IMG/VR virus record: IMGVR_UViG_3300037882_002905
Span: 1 to 55,656 of that record
Reading direction: 5' to 3' (one strand)
Length of the DNA: 55,656 bases
DNA from: a virus
Lineage: Duplodnaviria > Caudoviricetes
The position numbers and the translations under genes were made by a program. Shown here one piece after another: positions 26,846 through 36,180 of the stretch (position 1 is its first letter; every line of letters starts with the position of its first letter). The notes below the pieces were generated by a model. It had not been told where the DNA came from and did no database searches. It saw only the letters and a list, made by a program, of their open reading frames with translations.

Positions 26846-27727
26846 ATGACCATCACTGCCAAAATCATTGAAGACTCCGTTTCACCAGACGGAAAACGGC
26901 TCACAACAATGCAGTTGTGCTATCCGCGGTTCATTCACGCGGAGTTCATGACACACAGGCTGTTTAGCCGCAACGCCAGCAGCAGTCGAGCCATCCCGGT
27001 CAAGAAGATGATCCAGATGGTGCGGGACGAACCCGCCATGCCGATTCACTGGGGTGCGAACCAGCCTGGCATGCAGGCAAGTGCAGAGATTCAGCATGTT
27101 GAAGTGGCGAAAGACATCTGGCTTCGCGCAGCGCGAAACGCGGCGAATATCGCAGAAGAAATGGAACAGATTGGCCTGCACAAGCAAGTGGCAAACCGCA
27201 TCTTGGAACCCTTTCAGCACATCCATGTGATTGTCACGGCGACCGAGTGGGAAAACTTCTTCGCCTTGCGCGCGCACCCTGATGCTCAGCCTGAGATTCA
27301 CGAGCTGGCGCTTCAGATGCAACTGGCAATGCAAATGAGCGAACCCGCCGAGCTTAAGTACAGCGATTGGCATTTGCCATACGTCACCCGAGCTGAGCGC
27401 AAGGACGTTGACCTGCAGCGCCTTCGCATGTTGCCTAAGATTTCTGCGGCTCGCTGCGCCCGGGTGTCCTACTTGACCCATGACGGACAAGCTCCATCGG
27501 TCGCTAAAGACATGGAGCTCTATGAGCGACTTGTCGGAGGTGTGCCGCTACACGCATCGCCAATCGAACATCAGGCCATTCCAGATGTCTTGCTCGATGA
27601 TGTTGAGGGCTTTTCAGGCTGGCCTCAAAAGCACCTGCATGGCAACTTTGTCGGCTGGATTCAGTGCCGCAAAGTCATTGAGCTCGAAATGGAGCAGGAT
27701 GCCCGTATCAATCGATGCGCCGACTAG
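26846..27727 (+). CDS. thyX: Flavin-dependent thymidylate synthase (phage type)
   Basis: EFMTHRLFSRNASSSR, HKQVANRILEP, FFALRAHPDAQPEI, SAARCARVSY, HASPIEHQ. Confidence 0.88.
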   Translation: MTITAKIIEDSVSPDGKRLTTMQLCYPRFIHAEFMTHRLFSRNASSSRAIPVKKMIQMVRDEPAMPIHWGANQPGMQASAEIQHVEVAKDIWLRAARNAANIAEEMEQIGLHKQVANRILEPFQHIHVIVTATEWENFFALRAHPDAQPEIHELALQMQLAMQMSEPAELKYSDWHLPYVTRAERKDVDLQRLRMLPKISAARCARVSYLTHDGQAPSVAKDMELYERLVGGVPLHASPIEHQAIPDVLLDDVEGFSGWPQKHLHGNFVGWIQCRKVIELEMEQDARINRCAD

Positions 27728-27732
27728 CGCGT

Positions 27733-27764
27733 CACTATAATTCTATTGTCAGTCATGACTGACT
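27733..27764 (+). promoter_or_regulatory. CACTATAAT promoter plus operator
   Basis: TATAAT 27736-27741; AGTCA-tgac-TGACT 27751-27764. Confidence 0.75.
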
Positions 27765-27840
27765 AGAATAAACGCCAAATCGGCGCCGAAAAAAGGTGCC
27801 AATTTGTTCTACCTATAAGCACTTTTCAACAGGACACTAA

Positions 27841-28425
27841 ATGACATTTGACGAATTCAAAGCCGATGCACTCCGCACGGAATCAAAACCCCAGAAGCTG
27901 AATTTCAGCCTCGGTGGCTTGACTTTACTTCTGGGTGTGGCCTCTATGACTGCCTCAATCGTGGACCAGTCCAAGAAGACCATGTTCTACGGTAAGTCGT
28001 TGGACACTGAAAAAATCAACGCCACCATCGACAAGCTGAAAGCCGACCTGACTCTGATGCAGACTGCGCTCCATCGCATTGCAATCCCTGAAGACGTTGC
28101 CACTGAAATGCACATGCCCAACATGCGTATCGCCCACGGCGCGATCGGCATGTTCACCGAGTCCGCAGAGCTTCTGGATGCCGTCGCGGATCAGATCCGG
28201 ACAGGCAAGCTCGATTTGACAAACGTGGCTGAAGAGACAGGCGACAGTGACTGGTACAAGGCCATCATTCATGACGAGGCGGGCATCAGTGAAGAAGAAA
28301 GCCGCGCCAAGGTGATCGCTAAGCTGAAAGCGCGTTACGGCGACAAGTTCAGCAATGAATCGGCGCTGAACCGTGATCTTTCGGCAGAGCGCGCCGTTCT
28401 TGAGGCAGCTTTCGTTCCCGTGTAA
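27841..28425 (+). CDS. MazG-like NTP pyrophosphohydrolase
   Basis: HGAIGMFTESAELLD...EETGDSDWY...IAKLKARYGDKF. Confidence 0.8.
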   Translation: MTFDEFKADALRTESKPQKLNFSLGGLTLLLGVASMTASIVDQSKKTMFYGKSLDTEKINATIDKLKADLTLMQTALHRIAIPEDVATEMHMPNMRIAHGAIGMFTESAELLDAVADQIRTGKLDLTNVAEETGDSDWYKAIIHDEAGISEEESRAKVIAKLKARYGDKFSNESALNRDLSAERAVLEAAFVPV

Positions 28426-28448
28426 ATCTGCCTGAAGTTTGTAAGACC

Positions 28449-28478
28449 AAAAAGAAGGCTCTCGGGCCTTCTTTTTTT
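28449..28478 (+). terminator. Intrinsic terminator
   Basis: aaaaagaaggct-ctcg-ggccttcttttttt. Confidence 0.8.
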
Positions 28479-28490
28479 GAAAGGTGACCC

Positions 28491-28955
28491 ATGTTTGACG
28501 AAGAGACTATTGCTTCCGCGCCTGTCGCAGCACAAGCGGTAGAACATGAGGCAAGCTGTATTCTGCCAGTGGCTACTGTAGTTGAGGACTTGGGCCACGA
28601 TGGGGTAGGTTTTTGCGCGAAAGTGCGGTGGCTTTTTAACCCCGTTCCCGTTGGCCAGGAGTTACTCTGGAATCACAACTCCGGCTTGCGCGTGAAACTT
28701 GCGAACCCTTCAATGTGGCGTGGGTTTGGCTGTGATGACGTTGGTGCGGTGTTTACCGTATTCGACAGCCAGCGCAATGATCGTTTTGGAAGCGGTACTG
28801 GTCTAAGGGTTCGCCCAGCCATTCAGCCGAACCATTCTGAATGCGAAATGGTTTGGTATGACTCTGCACATTTCACGCCTGTTGCGGAAGTGCCGCCGAG
28901 TGACAAGGCAACACCCAACATATCCAGTAAAGCCGCTCACGCTTCCGACAACTGA
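28491..28955 (+). CDS. Hypothetical protein
   Basis: AAGGTG RBS. Confidence 0.6.
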   Translation: MFDEETIASAPVAAQAVEHEASCILPVATVVEDLGHDGVGFCAKVRWLFNPVPVGQELLWNHNSGLRVKLANPSMWRGFGCDDVGAVFTVFDSQRNDRFGSGTGLRVRPAIQPNHSECEMVWYDSAHFTPVAEVPPSDKATPNISSKAAHASDN

Positions 28956-28987
28956 GCGTGAAAATTCAACTATCGAAACAATAGCAG
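28941..28987 (+). repeat. 47-bp promoter-containing direct repeat, copy 1
   Basis: 43 of 47 positions identical to 44365-44411. Confidence 0.85.
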
Positions 28988-28995
28988 GGAAACCT

Positions 28996-29640
28996 ATGAG
29001 CATGCACAAAATACCGCTCACGCCTACTGAAGAGGCTGGTCTACACGCTCACGGATTGCAGAGCAACATCGGAAAACCAAGTCAACTGACGGACGCTTTC
29101 CGACAAGGTGTGGCGTGGGGTATTGCGCATGCGGCGGCAGAAAAAGAGACGGAACCGAAGCAGGATTTCTGTTTCTGCAATGACGACATTAGCCTGCAGA
29201 TGGTGTCTGGCGGAGCGGCACCAGAAGGGCTGTACGGCACAGTCACGCTGAAGATTGGTGATCAGGACGTCCGGTATGTGAAAGATGAGCACGTATCGGC
29301 AGCCTCTGATGATTGCTACTACCTGCAACACACCCATAGCTATGTCGGCAATTGCCCGCTGTGGTGGATCAAGGACGGTCAGGGATATACAACTGATCTT
29401 CGAAAGGCTCAGAAGTACACCCTGAGTCAGGCAATCAAGCTGCACAACTTCCGCAATTCAGACGTGCCCTGGCATTGCTCAGAGATAGATGCATTGTGGC
29501 GCAAAACGGTCGATATGCAGGACATGGGCCGCGAGCTTCACAGCAGGCAAGACCAAATAGCCACCCTTTTGGCAAAAGTCGCACTTATGACAATCACAGG
29601 CAAGTCAGTGGCCTTCGACACTGACAAATTGGAGAAATGA
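28996..29640 (+). CDS. Hypothetical mosaic phage protein
   Basis: Start placed after the promoter motif; YVGN..LWW...G.GYTTDL.KA motif. Confidence 0.65.
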   Translation: MSMHKIPLTPTEEAGLHAHGLQSNIGKPSQLTDAFRQGVAWGIAHAAAEKETEPKQDFCFCNDDISLQMVSGGAAPEGLYGTVTLKIGDQDVRYVKDEHVSAASDDCYYLQHTHSYVGNCPLWWIKDGQGYTTDLRKAQKYTLSQAIKLHNFRNSDVPWHCSEIDALWRKTVDMQDMGRELHSRQDQIATLLAKVALMTITGKSVAFDTDKLEK

Positions 29641-29641
29641 C

Positions 29642-30064
29642 ATGAAAGCTAGTTTCAAATTTATCGCCATCTTGGCGGCAGTTGTGGCAACCCTCGCACT
29701 TTCTGCGTGTGCTGAAAAACAGGTGTCCTTTGATGCCCTCGAAACGCAACGCACAGTTGCCAACGAAAACAGCAGCTACAACGCGAAGAAGTGGCGAGCG
29801 GAAAACGGCCATGAGAAGCTCGGCATTCTGGCCCGGGGCGACAGCACTCAGCAGGCAAAGTGCCCGCAAGGCGATGGCTGGGCCTCGGTTGACCTCACCG
29901 AGCCAACCACAAAGCAGCCTGTGGTTAAGCTGAAATGCTCGACAGTCTCAGGCAATGTTGGTTGCATTAAGGATGAAGACTTCAAGGCTCGCGCAGTGCT
30001 GGCCAATCAGGAAAACACCTGTAACAAAGGAATTCCTGAAACCCTCAAGAAGATCGAGGGATGA
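29642..30064 (+). CDS. Lipoprotein
   Basis: Signal peptide with lipobox LSAC; four further Cys. Confidence 0.8.
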   Translation: MKASFKFIAILAAVVATLALSACAEKQVSFDALETQRTVANENSSYNAKKWRAENGHEKLGILARGDSTQQAKCPQGDGWASVDLTEPTTKQPVVKLKCSTVSGNVGCIKDEDFKARAVLANQENTCNKGIPETLKKIEG

Positions 30065-30198
30065 CAGCCGTAGGCGTTTTCGCCGGTCGCGGCGACGTGA
30101 TCTTGGCAATGGGCCTAGCGCTCATTGTCGGGATATGGTTGGGCTGGTTTTTCAAATGCACCCAGCTGCGGATCAAACAGTGGCTTGCAAAAAAGTAG
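30061..30198 (+). CDS. Small membrane protein, 45 aa (not in ORF track)
   Basis: ATGA overlap; MTAVGVFAGRGDVILAMGLALIVGIWLGWFFK... Confidence 0.55.
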   Translation: MTAVGVFAGRGDVILAMGLALIVGIWLGWFFKCTQLRIKQWLAKK

Positions 30199-30207
30199 GA
30201 GGGGAAA

Positions 30208-30855
30208 ATGTTAGGACTCACAGGCAGCCACCGAACAGGCAAAACAACATTGGCCATGCGCTTTGCGCAGAAGCATGATCTCCTGTTTGTGAAAACCTCG
30301 ACATCGGAAGTATTCGCCCGGATCGGCAAAGATCCGAAGGTGGAGTATCCGATCGACGAGCGTGTCGCGATTCAGGAAGTCATTCTCATGGCTCTTGAGG
30401 CTCAGTATGCCGAGGCTAACAGGCTCGTAAAGGGCGGATTGTTCATCGCTGACCGGACCCCCATCGACCTGGCCGCCTATATGCTGGCAGACCTGCGCAG
30501 GTCAACCCTCGTAGAGAGTCCAGCTCTTGCGCAAATAGTCAATGGATACGTTCATCGCTGTCTTCAGGCTTCGAGCCGCTGGTTCTCCATGATCGCGCTG
30601 GTGCAGCCAGGCATCGCGCTCGTGGAAGAGCCCGGAAAGGCACCTGCATGCCCAGCCTTCATGGAGCATATGAACGTGCTACAGGCTGGTTTGCTGCATG
30701 ATGAACGGCTCAGCTGTATGCGCTCTACGATTCCGCGTTTAGTTACCGGCATCGACCAGCGTGTGCAGCATCTGGAGCTCATCTACCATGCTGCGCTGGA
30801 GGCGGCTGCCGAGCATCGAAGCATGCGTATCGAAGTGGGGGTGCTGCCACACTAA
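30208..30855 (+). CDS. P-loop nucleotide kinase-like protein (AAA_28-like)
   Basis: GLTGSHRTGKTT, IADRTPID..AY. Confidence 0.8.
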   Translation: MLGLTGSHRTGKTTLAMRFAQKHDLLFVKTSTSEVFARIGKDPKVEYPIDERVAIQEVILMALEAQYAEANRLVKGGLFIADRTPIDLAAYMLADLRRSTLVESPALAQIVNGYVHRCLQASSRWFSMIALVQPGIALVEEPGKAPACPAFMEHMNVLQAGLLHDERLSCMRSTIPRLVTGIDQRVQHLELIYHAALEAAAEHRSMRIEVGVLPH

Positions 30856-30890
30856 CTATCGGCTGCACTGATTTATGGTGCGTGACAGTC

Positions 30891-30918
30891 AGTCATCCGT
30901 GACTGCATGCACTATAAT
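30891..30918 (+). promoter_or_regulatory. Operator plus CACTATAAT promoter
   Basis: AGTCA-tccg-TGACT 30891-30904; TATAAT 30913-30918. Confidence 0.75.
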
Positions 30919-30981
30919 CGAAACATGCTGAAAAGCACTGGGGAGGGTACTTATCCTCCCCAATTTTTTAGAGACCTGGCC

Positions 30982-31401
30982 ATGAGCTACGCTGCAGAAA
31001 TTCCAACGCTCGTTGAAGAGCTTGATCGCAAGGTTACCGATGCCTTGACCGATGCCTGCACTCGGACTGAGTCCGGCGACATCACGCTCGAAGACGCAGC
31101 CTTGATCGGAAAAGCTCTCTGGAGCGCAACTTCAGGCTTGGTCAGCAACGATGTCTCCGAGCTTTGTGCCAAGGTGTCTGACTCAGCAGGAGCTCGACGC
31201 TATACGGCCCACTTTGTAAATACAGCCCAAGCCGTGACGGTCTATTGGACCAAGGCTAGTGATGACTATGTGGTTGTCACTCTCAACATTTTGTCGGGCG
31301 CCAAGAAGCCACACCGAATTCATGTTCCAGCAGGCGAACAAAAAGTCCAGTTGGAAAAGCTGTTCTCCACGCTGGTGAAATCAAATTACCGAAAACTCTA
31401 A
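30982..31401 (+). CDS. Hypothetical protein
   Basis: Start moved downstream of the promoter. Confidence 0.65.
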   Translation: MSYAAEIPTLVEELDRKVTDALTDACTRTESGDITLEDAALIGKALWSATSGLVSNDVSELCAKVSDSAGARRYTAHFVNTAQAVTVYWTKASDDYVVVTLNILSGAKKPHRIHVPAGEQKVQLEKLFSTLVKSNYRKL

Positions 31402-31410
31402 AGGAAATCC

Positions 31411-31899
31411 ATGAGCGAAGAAATGAAGGACTACATGAATGTAGTCGTGATGAATGCGGATCGCATTGCACTTGAGTTGAGCCTCGACTTGAAGAACAAG
31501 AGCCAGCAAGAGCAGCGCGCGGCATTCGCGGGCAGCAAAGAATCAGGCTACTTTTACCTGCATACCATGCCCAAGCACCCGGACGTTGTCTTTGAGTGCG
31601 TTGTAACGACCGCTGGTGATGCCATCTCTAGCGTCTACAAGGGACATCGCATCTTCAACTCGGCTGGTGAATTGATTCGCGCTCGGAACGACATGATGGC
31701 TGCCATTTCTGCCCGCATCGGCTTGAGCCAGAGCTTGATCGGTATCGCCGACGAAGCTCGTGGACGCGACCTCATGCTCAGTGAGCTTGCCACAGGTCAA
31801 CTGATTGACCTCTTCGCAGAGCGTGTTGGCAAGTCCATCGTCGTTACCAATAGCCACTCGGCAGCAGGCGCCGGCGGCGTGGTGGTTTCCCATGAGTGA
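31411..31899 (+). CDS. Hypothetical protein
   Basis: AAGGA RBS. Confidence 0.7.
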   Translation: MSEEMKDYMNVVVMNADRIALELSLDLKNKSQQEQRAAFAGSKESGYFYLHTMPKHPDVVFECVVTTAGDAISSVYKGHRIFNSAGELIRARNDMMAAISARIGLSQSLIGIADEARGRDLMLSELATGQLIDLFAERVGKSIVVTNSHSAAGAGGVVVSHE

Positions 31900-32083
31900 T
31901 GGCGGCAAAGGTAGCGCACGGCGGCCGGGCGACCATGCTGGTTTTCTTGCCAACTTTGATCGAATCTTCGGAAGCCGCCCGCGTCCTGAGTTCATACCAA
32001 TGGGCGACTCAGAGCCAGTGATTCCGGTTGTCATGCCTGAAGGGCAGCATCGCAACTCGGCTAACGACGATCAAGCTCAATAG
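31892..32083 (+). CDS. Small phage protein (MSDGGKGS..RP type)
   Basis: Start overlaps the upstream gene; this N-terminal motif recurs in small phage proteins. Confidence 0.55.
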   Translation: MSDGGKGSARRPGDHAGFLANFDRIFGSRPRPEFIPMGDSEPVIPVVMPEGQHRNSANDDQAQ

Positions 32084-32161
32084 AGCCGACTGAGCGCCGA
32101 AGCATCACATTCAAAATTGTATTTGTCGCGGGAAGACCGCATTTTTATGAAAGAGCATTCC

Positions 32162-32761
32162 ATGAATCTCACCAAAGCACACCGAAGCCAATTTGTCGCT
32201 GATGTCATGAGCGATATTCCCAAGGTGGACTACCGCCAGCAAATTGAAGTCCTGATCAAGCAGGACATCGACAACGCTCCCGACAAGTTCATTCGCGATG
32301 CCTTGAAAGTGCCGATTCTTCGCTCTATGTTGATCGCTGGCAATAACACTGTCAATGCAAATACTTCCACAAGCAAGTACGGGCATCCTGAACTGAGCAC
32401 ATTCAAATACGGATACGGAAGCGATGTCAACGATCCAGAGACTCTCAATTGCTCGGCTCTTTGCGTCGCCTGCTATTTGAATTATCAAATGTCCAAGTCG
32501 TGTGCTGACGCCTGCTATGCCCTGATGAAGCAAAACCAAGAGCAGGAAGAAAAGCTCGCCTCGATCAGGGTCAAGGTGTTCGCCGCAATCGCAGGCTGCA
32601 CAACTCGCAAGACAGCGCTGGCTGCGATGCCTGAGTTCGAGAAATACTTGCCAGAAGTCGTGACTCCGTCAAAGTTCCCTATCGCAATCGCCAACTTGTC
32701 GGCTGAGTTGATGATGGCTGGCTGGCCGAAGGGTGGCAAGAAAGAAGTGGTGGCGGCATGA
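32162..32761 (+). CDS. Nmad5-like (nucleotide-modification-associated domain 5) protein
   Basis: MNLTK..R..FV...DIP N-terminus and CTTRK....MPEFEKYLP C-terminal motif. Confidence 0.6.
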   Translation: MNLTKAHRSQFVADVMSDIPKVDYRQQIEVLIKQDIDNAPDKFIRDALKVPILRSMLIAGNNTVNANTSTSKYGHPELSTFKYGYGSDVNDPETLNCSALCVACYLNYQMSKSCADACYALMKQNQEQEEKLASIRVKVFAAIAGCTTRKTALAAMPEFEKYLPEVVTPSKFPIAIANLSAELMMAGWPKGGKKEVVAA

Positions 32762-33093
32762 GGTATACGAAAAATCAACGTGCTCAGCTGAAGGAAGTTT
32801 TCACCCTGGCGCTGGGGAAACTTGCGCCAGACAACACCGGATATGAAAAAGGCAAAAGTACATTCATCTGCATCGCTATGCGGTTTCTTCCAATTCCGGA
32901 AGCGCCTGTCAAATTGGCGATCAAGTTAGTAGAACGGCGCCTCTTCCCCGCAACAGAGCTGGCTGGCTGGCTTGAGAAAAAGCACCCTGAGCTGTCTCCT
33001 GCTGTTGAGAAGGATATTCTCAACGGTGGCCATAAGCTGCAAGAGACCCGCGCGGCCTGGCTCAAGGATCTGATCAAGGAATTTTCAGAATGA
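32758..33093 (+). CDS. Hypothetical protein
   Basis: ATGA coupling; FICIA...R.AWL..LI.EF. Confidence 0.7.
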   Translation: MRYTKNQRAQLKEVFTLALGKLAPDNTGYEKGKSTFICIAMRFLPIPEAPVKLAIKLVERRLFPATELAGWLEKKHPELSPAVEKDILNGGHKLQETRAAWLKDLIKEFSE

Positions 33094-33560
33094 CAACAAT
33101 CATCCTCAGCAAAGAAGGCATCGAAGCGCTCTTCCCGGAAGGGTCAGAGGCTCGTGTTGAGCTTCAGCGTACTGTGCTCGCACAGCTTGCAAAGCAGGCA
33201 GTGAAAACGCCAGGCTTTAATGCGTCTCTCATGAAGGAAATCAATAATGTCCAAAAGCAAATGAGTCAGGAAATTCTGGCCGAAATGGGCATTGTGGTTG
33301 ACGAAAGGTATCGGCTTGAACGCCCAACCATCTCCGACAAGATGAGGGAGACGATTGCCTCAGAAGCGAGGATTGCCGTGCGTGGTCAAATTCATGAGGC
33401 ATTCGACGCTGAGCGCGTTTCGATTGACGAAAAGGTCGGCAGGCTGATGGAGACGTGCATTAAGCATGCAACCGACAAAGCAGCGAAGGAAGCCGCGCCT
33501 GTGATTCTGGCAATCGGAATGATGAACGCAATGAAGAGCGCTCCGACTCCCGCTGGTTAA
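33090..33560 (+). CDS. Hypothetical protein
   Basis: ATGA coupling; AAGGA RBS. Confidence 0.7.
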   Translation: MTTIILSKEGIEALFPEGSEARVELQRTVLAQLAKQAVKTPGFNASLMKEINNVQKQMSQEILAEMGIVVDERYRLERPTISDKMRETIASEARIAVRGQIHEAFDAERVSIDEKVGRLMETCIKHATDKAAKEAAPVILAIGMMNAMKSAPTPAG

Positions 33561-33578
33561 AATTGATTCTTAGCGGTT

Positions 33579-33592
33579 AGTCACTACTGACT
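33579..33592. promoter_or_regulatory. AGTCA-N4-TGACT operator upstream of the DnaQ-like gene
   Basis: AGTCA-ctac-TGACT. Confidence 0.7.
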
Positions 33593-33641
33593 GCGCAACA
33601 AGGAGCAAGATGAGAACAAAATTTCCATTTGAGTCACAAGC

Positions 33642-34232
33642 ATGAGCCGAACAGTCGTCTGTGGCCTTGATATCGAAACGACAGGGCTAAGCCAGCCTGA
33701 AGGTCACCGGATCATCGAGGTGGCTGCCATTGTCTATGACCTAGCCACTGAAAAGGAAGCGGGGCGCTATGCCGTGCGTATCAACCCTGAACGCGGCATC
33801 GACGCCGGTGCCCAGGCTGTGCATGGCATTGCCTATGAAGACCTGATCGGCTGCCCAACGTGGGAGACGGTGGCTCCCAAGCTATCCAAGCTCATGTCGG
33901 CATGTGACTACGTCGTCGCGCACAACGGCATCGGTTTCGACATGCCCTTCATCTACGGCGAGTTCATCCGTGCCGGGGTGGCGCTGCCAGAGGTTGCTGT
34001 CGTGGACACCATGCTGCAAGGCCGTTGGGCTACGGCTGACGGCGCAGTTCCCAACCTCGGATTGCTGGCATATGCATCGGACGTTGCCTACGACAAGACG
34101 AAGGCTCACGCCGCGATCTACGACGTTGAGGTAATGATGTCCTGCTTCTTCAAGCACTGGAAGTCTGACTTCTTCAAGCTCGAAGGCTCGGTCTACAAAT
34201 ACACGGTTCCCAAAATCAAGGAGAAAAAGTGA
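33642..34232 (+). CDS. dnaQ: DEDDh 3'-5' exonuclease (Pol III epsilon-like)
   Basis: LDIETTG, VAHN..FD, DT, AHAAIYDV. Confidence 0.88.
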   Translation: MSRTVVCGLDIETTGLSQPEGHRIIEVAAIVYDLATEKEAGRYAVRINPERGIDAGAQAVHGIAYEDLIGCPTWETVAPKLSKLMSACDYVVAHNGIGFDMPFIYGEFIRAGVALPEVAVVDTMLQGRWATADGAVPNLGLLAYASDVAYDKTKAHAAIYDVEVMMSCFFKHWKSDFFKLEGSVYKYTVPKIKEKK

Positions 34233-34378
34233 TCTATCAGAAAAAGCCGAAGACTTACATTCTTCCGAAAAACTACGTTCTTGGTGGCTCTGAGCTTTGG
34301 ATCATTGTCGGCATCTCAGCTCTTTTCGGAGCAGTCTCTGGCGTCGCCCTGCATCTGCTTTTTGTGGCTGCGCGCTGA
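34229..34378 (+). CDS. Small membrane protein, 49 aa (not in ORF track)
   Basis: AAGGAG RBS, GTGA overlap, C-terminal hydrophobic helix. Confidence 0.55.
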   Translation: MIYQKKPKTYILPKNYVLGGSELWIIVGISALFGAVSGVALHLLFVAAR

Positions 34379-34387
34379 CCTGTTCAT

Positions 34388-34810
34388 ATGAATCACCACT
34401 CGCAAATGAAAAAAACTCCTGAATACATCATCAATCCCGTTGCCAATTACAGCCCGGTTTGGCTGCCCGAGGTTTACCAGTTGTGCCTTGGTAGTGGCAA
34501 TATCCACTACTTCAACTCCCTGTGGCTTGGCACCGTCTGGAACCTTCTTTCGCTGCCCATGCGCTTGATCTTGAGCGTCGGAGTACCGCTGTTCAACTTC
34601 CGCTTCCTGACGGTGTTCGCGAACCTGTTCGTTGTCCTCTTAAGCGTGGTTGTCTTTCTGTTTGCTGGCGTGTTCGGCATTCTCGTAAGCCTCCCAGTGA
34701 CAAGGGAGCAGGCGAAAAATGGCATCGTTCTCGATCACGAGCAGGGCCTGGAGTGTCTGGCTGCCGGTAATCTGGAATTTGTCACTCACATTGACGACAT
34801 ACGGCAGTGA
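34388..34810 (+). CDS. Membrane protein
   Basis: Two hydrophobic segments; start could be 34406. Confidence 0.65.
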   Translation: MNHHSQMKKTPEYIINPVANYSPVWLPEVYQLCLGSGNIHYFNSLWLGTVWNLLSLPMRLILSVGVPLFNFRFLTVFANLFVVLLSVVVFLFAGVFGILVSLPVTREQAKNGIVLDHEQGLECLAAGNLEFVTHIDDIRQ

Positions 34811-34834
34811 GCCTTGATAGATAAGGACGCAAAA

Positions 34835-35185
34835 ATGAGTCGATTACTTTACGCCGCAGCGCGCGGCGCTCGGATTCAAGGGAACTACCAAGGAGTCTGG
34901 AGCGGCGTCGCCGGTGTGCATCTCGGAGAGACGAAGTATGAGTACCGCGTCCACCCGGACGACGCTCATTTGCAATACGGAAGGATCAGCACGAAGCTGC
35001 GTGAGTCTGCTGAGAATACAAACTCCAACCTCTCATGGTCTGTACGTGGTTTCATGGAAATGGGTGCCATTTGTGCGTACACAGCCGCGTGTCGAAGTGA
35101 TGACTGGCGTAACTGTTTGTCCGATCTTCAGCGCTCGCTGTTTCTGCTGATTCTTTCCGAAGTGATTGCGGACGACGGACTATGA
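34835..35185 (+). CDS. Hypothetical protein
   Basis: AAGGA RBS. Confidence 0.65.
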   Translation: MSRLLYAAARGARIQGNYQGVWSGVAGVHLGETKYEYRVHPDDAHLQYGRISTKLRESAENTNSNLSWSVRGFMEMGAICAYTAACRSDDWRNCLSDLQRSLFLLILSEVIADDGL

Positions 35186-35775
35186 CCACAGCCAACACAC
35201 AATGGAAAGAAAAGCTCGACGCATGGCGAGCCACTGCAAGAGAGTTCGCCACTAAAATGAAAGGCGTGGTGGTTGCTGAAAGCGGCGGCAAAGTAATCTG
35301 CTGGCTCGATGCCTATGACGAGAAGCTTTCGGAGCTGGTGCGTCAAGACGCACTTGAGGAAGCTGCCACGTTGTGTGATACAGAGCAGCGCGGCGACAGT
35401 GACACCGACCACGCACAGGCGGAAGCTTACAGTGAATGCGCTCAAGCCATTCGCAAACTCAAAGGAACAGATATGACTGAGCGAAAAATCCTCATGAAGG
35501 AAATTTGCACGATTGACCCGGATGGTCGTCTGCTCGAAAGCGTTGTCTCGGAACTGACTGAGCTGGCTGCCACACATGGCGCTGGACTGAAGATCAGCAA
35601 GGAGTCTTATGCTTATAGCGACGACACCCACTTGGCAGTCATGAAGCCCACTCCGGAAACGGATTGGGAGCTTGATACGCGGATCAGGCGGGAAAAGAGA
35701 AGGGCGGCTCAGCGCGAGAGCTTAGATCGTGCCGAATATGTTCGCCTAGCTAAAGTGTACGGAGGTGCAAAATGA
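35182..35775 (+). CDS. Hypothetical protein
   Basis: ATGA coupling; ALEEAA..C...CA.AIR.L motif; possible internal start near 35473. Confidence 0.65.
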   Translation: MTTANTQWKEKLDAWRATAREFATKMKGVVVAESGGKVICWLDAYDEKLSELVRQDALEEAATLCDTEQRGDSDTDHAQAEAYSECAQAIRKLKGTDMTERKILMKEICTIDPDGRLLESVVSELTELAATHGAGLKISKESYAYSDDTHLAVMKPTPETDWELDTRIRREKRRAAQRESLDRAEYVRLAKVYGGAK

Positions 35776-36125
35776 TTCTGACACAAGAGGATATCGACAA
35801 TCTTGACCAGTCCATGTGTGGCGAACGTGAGTTCGCCACGCCCTATGCGCGAGCGGTAGAGGCTGCCGTGCTGGCTAAGCTACAGGTTCCTACTGAGGCC
35901 ATGTGGGGTGAGCTGGCTCGGGACATCGTCATGTGGATGGACATGCATCAGGGTCGCGACAAAACTCCAGCCAGGTTGTTCCGACACCTGAACAATCTAG
36001 GCCGAGAAATACCCCAATGGCTCCTTGATGAATCCGAGATGAAGAACCTAGATCATGTGCCTAGTAAGGGGACGCGCGCCGTGATTGTCTATAAAGCCAT
36101 GTTAGAAGCTGCAGTAGCCAAATAG
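35772..36125 (+). CDS. Hypothetical protein
   Basis: GGAGG RBS; ATGA coupling. Confidence 0.7.
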   Translation: MILTQEDIDNLDQSMCGEREFATPYARAVEAAVLAKLQVPTEAMWGELARDIVMWMDMHQGRDKTPARLFRHLNNLGREIPQWLLDESEMKNLDHVPSKGTRAVIVYKAMLEAAVAK

Positions 36126-36180
36126 ATTGGTGTATTCGCGGGCGCACACGCATCGCGCAGATCAGTCAGTCATCACAGCC

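Noticed and set aside
30939-30961. ggggagg...cctcccc hairpin as a terminator
   Set aside because: It lies about 20 nt after a promoter and is not directly followed by a U-tract; more likely a 5' leader hairpin, too weak to call.
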